Positions 53,956-58,063 of a stretch of DNA of 58,063 bases are shown piece after piece. Origin of the DNA: Candidatus Iainarchaeum sp. (lineage in GTDB: Archaea > Micrarchaeota > Micrarchaeia > Burarchaeales > Fermentimicrarchaeaceae); contig JAQTMQ010000004.1 in NCBI GenBank assembly GCA_028714235.1, positions 1-58,063 of the forward strand. The letters run 5' to 3'. The notes beneath the pieces are model-generated. The model saw only the letters and a program-made list of their open reading frames with translations. It ran no database searches and was not told the DNA's origin. Numbering within the stretch: the first letter of the stretch is position 1; every line of letters begins with the position of its first letter. Both the position numbers and the translations under genes were made by a program.

Positions 53956-54762
53956 GTGTTGCGGATGGAAATTGAACTGGATTTCACCGAAACCGCGCAG
54001 CAGAACGCCGCCCGGTTTTACGACGAGGCCAAGCGCCTCCGCGAGAAGGCGCGCCGCGCCGGGAAGGCCATCGCGGAAACCGAGGAAAAGCTCAGGCGCG
54101 CGAAAGAAAAAGCGGAAGCCGGCGCGAGCGCCCAGCAGCCCCCTGCCGCGCGCGTCAGGCGCGAAAAGCAGTGGTTCGAGCGCTTCCGCTGGTTTTACAC
54201 GAGCGGCGGCAGGCTCTGCATCGCGGGAAGGGACGCGAAGCAAAACGAGGCCGTGGTCCTGCACCGCCTCGAGCCAGGCGACCTCTTCTTCCACGCGGAC
54301 ATCCACGGCGCGCCCGCGACCGTCCTGAAGGGCGGCGCACAAGCCCCGCGAAAAGAGAAGGAGGAGGCGGCGCAGTTCGCCGCAAGCTACTCTTCGGCCT
54401 GGAAGCTCGGCTCCGCCTCGGTTGACGTTTACGCGGTAAATCCGGAGCAGGTTTCAAAGCGCGCCGAATCCGGCGAATCGATGGGGAAAGGCGCGTTCGT
54501 GATACGCGGCGAGCGCGAGTGGTTCAGGAACACGCCGCTCGGCCTGGTCCTCGGTGCCGGAAGCGAGGGAGTGGAATCCGCTCCCGCCTCGCGCGGGCCC
54601 GGCGGGATGAAATCGTCCGCGGAAATCCGGCCCGGAGGGCTTGAGAAAGGCGAGGCCGCGAAAAGAATCGCGCGCGCCCTCGGCGGGAACGCCTCGCCTG
54701 ACGAAATCCTCCAGGCCCTCCCGAGCGGGAACTCCTCTATCTCCCGGCCCTTCCCCGCTTGA
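53956..54762 (+). CDS. NFACT-R (DUF814) RNA-binding-domain protein lacking the NFACT-N domain
   Basis: Coiled-coil start (AQQNAARFYDEAKRLREKARRAGKAI), then WFERFRWFYTSGGRLCIAGRDAKQNEAVV...GDLFFHADIHGAPATVLK, the core NFACT-R motif. An ATG at 53965 is an alternative to the GTG at 53956. Confidence 0.75.
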   Translation: MLRMEIELDFTETAQQNAARFYDEAKRLREKARRAGKAIAETEEKLRRAKEKAEAGASAQQPPAARVRREKQWFERFRWFYTSGGRLCIAGRDAKQNEAVVLHRLEPGDLFFHADIHGAPATVLKGGAQAPRKEKEEAAQFAASYSSAWKLGSASVDVYAVNPEQVSKRAESGESMGKGAFVIRGEREWFRNTPLGLVLGAGSEGVESAPASRGPGGMKSSAEIRPGGLEKGEAAKRIARALGGNASPDEILQALPSGNSSISRPFPA

Positions 54763-55054
54763 AGGGAAAGCCCTTCTTCCCCCCGCACGCGCACGAATAG
54801 ACGACTTTCCCCGTTTTCGGGTCAAGGCGCGCCTTCACGTTGAACCCGTGCACCCACGCGGTTCCGCACGCCTTGCAGAACCTTCTCTTCGATTCCGGGG
54901 AAAGCCTCACCCTGAACCGCGTCCCGAGCCTCCTCGCAAGCGAAACGTAGCGCGCGCTCCTCGCGGGATTCCTTTTCGCCTCCTTTTCCGCGAAGCCGAG
55001 GAGAATCCCAATCCTCTCGCGCACCACCCCCTTGACTCCTCCCGTCGATTCCAT
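54737..55054 (-). CDS. rnp4: RNase P protein component 4 (Rpr2/Rpp21 family)
   Basis: RERIGILLGFAEKEAKRNPARSARYVSLARRLGTRFRVRL..KRRFCKACGT..CACGG gives the helical N-terminus plus zinc ribbon typical of Rpr2. Confidence 0.8.
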   Translation of the reverse strand: MESTGGVKGVVRERIGILLGFAEKEAKRNPARSARYVSLARRLGTRFRVRLSPESKRRFCKACGTAWVHGFNVKARLDPKTGKVVYSCACGGKKGFPFKRGRAGR

Positions 55055-55084
55055 CAAACCCACTCTTCCGCGAGCAAGGACGAA

Positions 55085-55259
55085 TGGGCCCGGGGAGAGG
55101 TTCAGCGCATCGCTGAAAGCCGCTTTTCGCGGCAGCGAAAACGCGTTTGAACTCCCGACCTACGGCTGACTCAGAGCGCTGAACCTTCCGGCTTTCACGA
55201 CTTGTACCGGAAGGCGTCGTATAAGACCGCCGCTCTAGACCGGCCTGAGCTACGGGCCC
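55085..55259 (-). tRNA. tRNA-Ile, anticodon UAU, with two introns (exons 55259-55220, 55167-55146, 55098-55085)
   Basis: Hand fold of the reverse strand. Acceptor GGGCCCG/CGGGCCC plus discriminator A; D arm GCTC/GAGC. T stem GGGAG/CTCCC; the spliced T loop is TTCAAAT; variable loop AGGTC. Anticodon stem GCGGT/GCCGT, closed by two G-U pairs; spliced loop CTTATAA. Intron 1 (55219-55168, 52 nt) lies at 37/38: 4-bp helix CTTA/TGAG with bulges TAC and TCA. Intron 2 (55145-55099, 47 nt) lies at 59/60: clean BHB with helix TTCA/TGAA, bulges AAC and CCT, inner helix GCG/CGC. The mature length is 76 nt. No CCA is encoded. Confidence 0.8.
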
Positions 55260-55289
55260 TTGCGTGCGTAGTATTGCCCAATAAACCAT

Positions 55290-55297
55290 TTTTAAGC
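55290..55297 (-). promoter_or_regulatory. GCTTAAAA promoter word (reverse strand) upstream of the tRNA
   Basis: The reverse-strand GCTTAAAAA ends 29 nt before tRNA position 1. The same word precedes both paralogue genes at 57006..57013 and 57561..57568. Confidence 0.45.
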
Positions 55298-55311
55298 TTG
55301 GCATCCAAAAA

Positions 55312-55965
55312 ATGGGCAAGGTGGTTTATTTGAAGCTTTCAAGCCTGGCTTTCCTCTCCGTGCTCGTTTCCGCGCCGGTTCTCGCCTGCATCGTGATGGG
55401 CGGCGGCTCGGTTTACCTGAACAAGCCCAACGTCACGGTCAACATTTCCGAGATAACCTCCAACGCGAACCTCTCCTACAACTATACCGCCGTGCAGGGC
55501 GGCGTCGCCTTCCGCTCGCACCACAACGGCTCGCTCGTCGCCGTGCTCGCGCGCGATTCCTACGGCTGGTCGCTCAGAATCGGCGTCCCTGAAGGCGAAA
55601 GCGGCCCTGCGGACGCAAATTACAGCGAGGCGGTCTGGACCGAGCTAGACTGGCTCTGGAACCACAAGGTCGTGAACGGCACGACGCCCGGCGACGTTTC
55701 CGAAATCGTGGACCTGCTCGCCAACAGCACGGCAAGCTACGTTTACTGGAAGGACGGGAACTGGACCGCGATTCAGAACAACTGCTACCCGGACGGCACC
55801 TGCGCGAGGTGCGGCCCTGCGGGCGCCGCGCTGAACGCGACGCTCCCCCCGCTCGCGCTCGACCTCCCCGAAAAGACGGACGACGAGAAAATCAACGAGT
55901 GCGTTGCAGGCCTCGGCCTAGTCCTGCTGTTTCCGCTGGGCTTCGCGCTCCGCAGGCAGGCATGA
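55312..55965 (+). CDS. secreted, sequon-dense small surface protein with a C-terminal TM anchor
   Basis: Signal peptide LSSLAFLSVLVSAPVLAC (possible lipobox-like VLAC). Ten N-x-S/T sequons in 217 aa (NVT, NIS, NLS, NYT, NGS, NYS, NGT, NST, NWT, NAT). C-terminal GLGLVLLFPLGFALRRQA. Confidence 0.65.
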   Translation: MGKVVYLKLSSLAFLSVLVSAPVLACIVMGGGSVYLNKPNVTVNISEITSNANLSYNYTAVQGGVAFRSHHNGSLVAVLARDSYGWSLRIGVPEGESGPADANYSEAVWTELDWLWNHKVVNGTTPGDVSEIVDLLANSTASYVYWKDGNWTAIQNNCYPDGTCARCGPAGAALNATLPPLALDLPEKTDDEKINECVAGLGLVLLFPLGFALRRQA

Positions 55966-55986
55966 TTTCCCGGCGCAGGCCGGGCG

Positions 55987-56979
55987 TCACGCCCCGCCGT
56001 AGCCGACCCTGCGCGCAATCTCCTGCCCTTCCTTGGACTCGAGGAAGTATTCCACGACGTGCCCGCCGTAATCCCTCGCAACCATTTTTCGCATGAGCAA
56101 CCGCATCCTTTCGGGATTGAGCATGGCCGCGTGCGACAGCTTTTCAAACGCGTCCTCCCTGAGCTTCTTCCCGGGATCCTCCCTTCTCGGGTCCAGCGCG
56201 TTCATGTACGCCTTCGCGAGCCCCATGCTGTTGAGGAGCAATTCCGCCTCCCGAATCTCGTTCAGCCCGAGCGCAAGCGTTTCCCCGCTTACCACGAGCC
56301 CCCTTTCGCGCATGAACCCCTCTTTCGCGTCCGCGCGCACCCGGGCAAGCGCCCTCCTCGCCTCGTCGCTCGTGCCCGCCTCGGCCGCGGCCAGCATCCC
56401 TTCAAGCCTTGCCCAGTGAGGGCTTTCCTTGAACTTCCCCACGGTTTCGCTGCAGATGGAGCTCTTTTCCAAATCCGCGATTATCTCCCTGACCTTGGAT
56501 GCGTCCAAGCGGGCGAGGAACGCGAGGCGCCCGAAAGCCGCTTCCTTTACCGCCTCCTCCGCCTTCCTCTCGGCTTCGGTCAGGCCGAACTTCTGGGACG
56601 CGATGGCATCAATTTCCGGGAAAAAATACGGGAACAGCCTCAAGGGCCCGAGGCGTCCCTTTATCTCATGCACGCGGATGGAAAGCGCCTCCCTGCTCGG
56701 GAGCAGGTCGTTCTTCAGCAGGTTGGCGAGGCGCACCCTGCATTCCTCCGTGTCGTCAAGGCCAAGCGACGATAGGACGTCTCCAGGCCTGACCTGTTCG
56801 GGGAACTTGAATTCCCTCCGTTTCCCCCCGCGCGCCTTTTGGCCGGAAATCCCGCCGCTTTCCCCGGTTTTGCCGTTCCCGGCAGCCACGTCGAGCGGCT
56901 TTATCCCCCCGGCCATCTCCCGGACCTCGCGCCGCTGCACAGGCTCGGGCATTTTCTTTCTTTCCGCCACCCCTTCCAT
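55987..56979 (-). CDS. hypothetical protein, paralogue A (shares its C-terminal domain with 57046..57537)
   Basis: The track ORF extends to the GTG at 57021. The ATG at 56979 lies 25 nt downstream of GCTTAAAAG and is preferred. The C-terminus KLREDAFEKLSHAAMLNPERMRLLMRKMVARDYGGHVVEYFLESKEGQEIARRVGYG aligns with paralogue B. Confidence 0.6.
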   Translation of the reverse strand: MEGVAERKKMPEPVQRREVREMAGGIKPLDVAAGNGKTGESGGISGQKARGGKRREFKFPEQVRPGDVLSSLGLDDTEECRVRLANLLKNDLLPSREALSIRVHEIKGRLGPLRLFPYFFPEIDAIASQKFGLTEAERKAEEAVKEAAFGRLAFLARLDASKVREIIADLEKSSICSETVGKFKESPHWARLEGMLAAAEAGTSDEARRALARVRADAKEGFMRERGLVVSGETLALGLNEIREAELLLNSMGLAKAYMNALDPRREDPGKKLREDAFEKLSHAAMLNPERMRLLMRKMVARDYGGHVVEYFLESKEGQEIARRVGYGGA

Positions 56980-57045
56980 CGCGCCCTTACTCCCGCCGTC
57001 CAGGCTTTTAAGCATTGGCACCAGCCGGAAACCCGCCCGCGAAGA

Positions 57046-57537
57046 CTACGCGCCGTTCCCCGCCCCGCGCCCGTGGCGGGGCCCCTTCTTCCGGTCAATC
57101 TCTTCAAGCAGCTCTTCGGGTCCGAAGCCTATCGCCCGCGCAATCCTTTCCCCCCCCTCCGTTTCGAAAAAGTAGCGGACCCGGTTGTTGTACTCTCCCA
57201 CCGCCGCCATCCTCATCACCATCCCCTTGAACCTTTCAGGCGACGCTTCGGCGGCGCGCAACAGCTTCCCGAACGCCTTCTCCTTCACCCGCTCGTCAAT
57301 CCTCCCTATCTGCCGGGAGTCAAGCACTCCCATGAGCTTCAGCACCGGCTCGAAGTTCGCGAGGAGGTACTCGGTGTACGCTTCTTCCCCGCGAATCAAT
57401 GCAATCGTTCCACGACCTTTCTCGAGCTGCGCCCGTTTTCTCCCGCCAGGGCCCCGCTTCCCGCCCTCGCCAAGAATCGCCGGGCCCGCGCTTCCCATCC
57501 CCGGCCAAGCTTCCTTTCCCGCCTTGCTTTTCTGCAT
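57046..57537 (-). CDS. hypothetical protein, paralogue B
   Basis: The track ORF starts at 57558, which directly abuts the TATA-like word. The ATG at 57537 lies 22 nt downstream of it. Shared domain: RVKEKAFGKLLRAAEASPERFKGMVMRMAAVGEYNNRVRYFFETEGGERIARAIGFG. Gly/Lys/Arg-rich N-terminus. Confidence 0.6.
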   Translation of the reverse strand: MQKSKAGKEAWPGMGSAGPAILGEGGKRGPGGRKRAQLEKGRGTIALIRGEEAYTEYLLANFEPVLKLMGVLDSRQIGRIDERVKEKAFGKLLRAAEASPERFKGMVMRMAAVGEYNNRVRYFFETEGGERIARAIGFGPEELLEEIDRKKGPRHGRGAGNGA

Positions 57538-57589
57538 GCGTTCCTTCCCGCTGTCCATACTTTTAAGCCTTGACGCCGAAACCTAGTTC

Positions 57590-58063
57590 ATGGACTTGGG
57601 CGAAGGCCTCCGGAAGGCGCTCGCAAAGCTCACCGGCGCGGCCATAATGGACGAGAAGGCCGTGAAGGAGTTCGTGAAGGAGCTGCAGCGCACGCTCATC
57701 TCGAACGACGTGAACGTGAAGCTCGTTTTCGAGCTCTCGCGCCGCGTCGGGGACGCCGCGCTGAAGGAGAAGCCGCTTCCCGGCGTCGCCCCGAAAGAGC
57801 ACGTGGTGCGCGCGCTTTACAACGAGCTCGCGAGGCTCATGGGCGAAAAGCACGAGCCGAGGATCGCAAGGCAGAGGATTCTCATGCTCGGCCTCTTCGG
57901 CTCCGGCAAGACCACGACCACCATCAAGGTCGCCAAGTTTTACCAGGAAAAGGGGCTGAAGGCGGGCGTCATCTGCTGCGACACGTTCAGGCCGGCCGCA
58001 TTCGAGCAGCTGAAGCAGCTTGCAGAAAGGCACGGCATCCCGTTCTATGGGGAGAGGGGCGGG
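57590..58063 (+). CDS. srp54: signal recognition particle protein SRP54 (N-terminal 158 codons; continues beyond the window)
   Basis: Absent from the ORF track (no stop). Hand translation: MDLGEGLRKALAKLTGAAIMDEKAVKEFVKELQRTLISNDVNVKLV...ILMLGLFGSGKTTTTIKVAKFYQEKGLKAGVICCDTFRPAAFEQLKQLAE. This gives the N domain plus the G-domain P-loop and the DTFRPAA motif. TTTTAAGC lies 22-29 nt upstream. Confidence 0.9.
   Translation, partial: MDLGEGLRKALAKLTGAAIMDEKAVKEFVKELQRTLISNDVNVKLVFELSRRVGDAALKEKPLPGVAPKEHVVRALYNELARLMGEKHEPRIARQRILMLGLFGSGKTTTTIKVAKFYQEKGLKAGVICCDTFRPAAFEQLKQLAERHGIPFYGERGG

Noticed and set aside
55900-55965. PGF-CTERM / archaeosortase sorting signal in the C-terminus ...LLFPLGFALRRQA
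   Set aside because: The P-x-G-F lies at the end of the hydrophobic helix rather than before it, and there is no Thr/Ser-rich linker. A plain TM anchor is the simpler reading.
57563-58033. 156-aa minus-strand ORF
   Set aside because: It is antisense to the SRP54 N and G domains, whose P-loop and DTFRPAA motifs are unambiguous on the plus strand.
1-58063. CRISPR arrays, rRNA genes, transposases/integrases, long direct or inverted repeats
   Set aside because: By eye I saw no periodic repeat-spacer pattern, no recombinase-like ORF and no long repeated DNA. The only repeated DNA words are the short promoter motifs reported above. A computational repeat search would still be worthwhile.

Overview
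GC-rich, very gene-dense archaeal chromosome segment. Archaeal markers: aEF-1beta, RNase P protein Rpr2, PAC2 proteasome chaperone, AglB/STT3, XPD, Rad50, SRP54, and a tRNA with bulge-helix-bulge introns. A/T-rich TATA words sit about 22-45 nt upstream of start codons, so many transcripts look leaderless or short-leadered, and many genes overlap by 4 nt. Lineage cannot be assigned from sequence alone; the compaction and the tRNA features resemble small-genome (DPANN-like) archaea, which is inference only. About half the window (roughly 10.6-42.6 kb) is one protein-glycosylation supercluster. It holds hmgA, a degenerate STT3-like paralogue, a GlcNAc-1-P transferase, glmM, nucleotidyltransferases and a complete rmlABCD set. 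It also holds a CDP-hexose branch (rfbF, rfbG, a reductase, a C-methyltransferase), three GT2 and one GT-B transferase, and two Zn-ribbon methyltransferases. A B12-type radical SAM enzyme, a flavoprotein, a Wzx-like flippase and aglB are present as well. Diverging from aglB is a carrier-lipid module (GGR-family reductase, uppS, DUF192). The flanks carry housekeeping genes (galT-like, xpd, rad50, ef1b, pyrG, topA, NUDIX, a permease, an NFACT-R protein, srp54). The most unusual items are: (1) tRNA-Ile(UAU) split by two introns (37/38 and 59/60), 31 nt upstream of the RNase P protein gene; (2) a type IV pilus-like ATPase with an N-terminal 2x[4Fe-4S] ferredoxin motif plus a FlaJ/TadC platform and no pilin genes; (3) an STT3 paralogue lacking WWDYG in an operon with hmgA; (4) tandem uncharacterised paralogues that share even their promoter word; (5) a radical SAM/flavoprotein/methyltransferase/GT2 module of unknown chemistry. 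No CRISPR array, rRNA or mobile element was seen. Most long Arg/Pro/Gly/Ser-rich ORFs in the track are shadow frames of real genes. Two real edge genes (1..460 minus, 57590..58063 plus) are missing from the track because they have no in-window stop.
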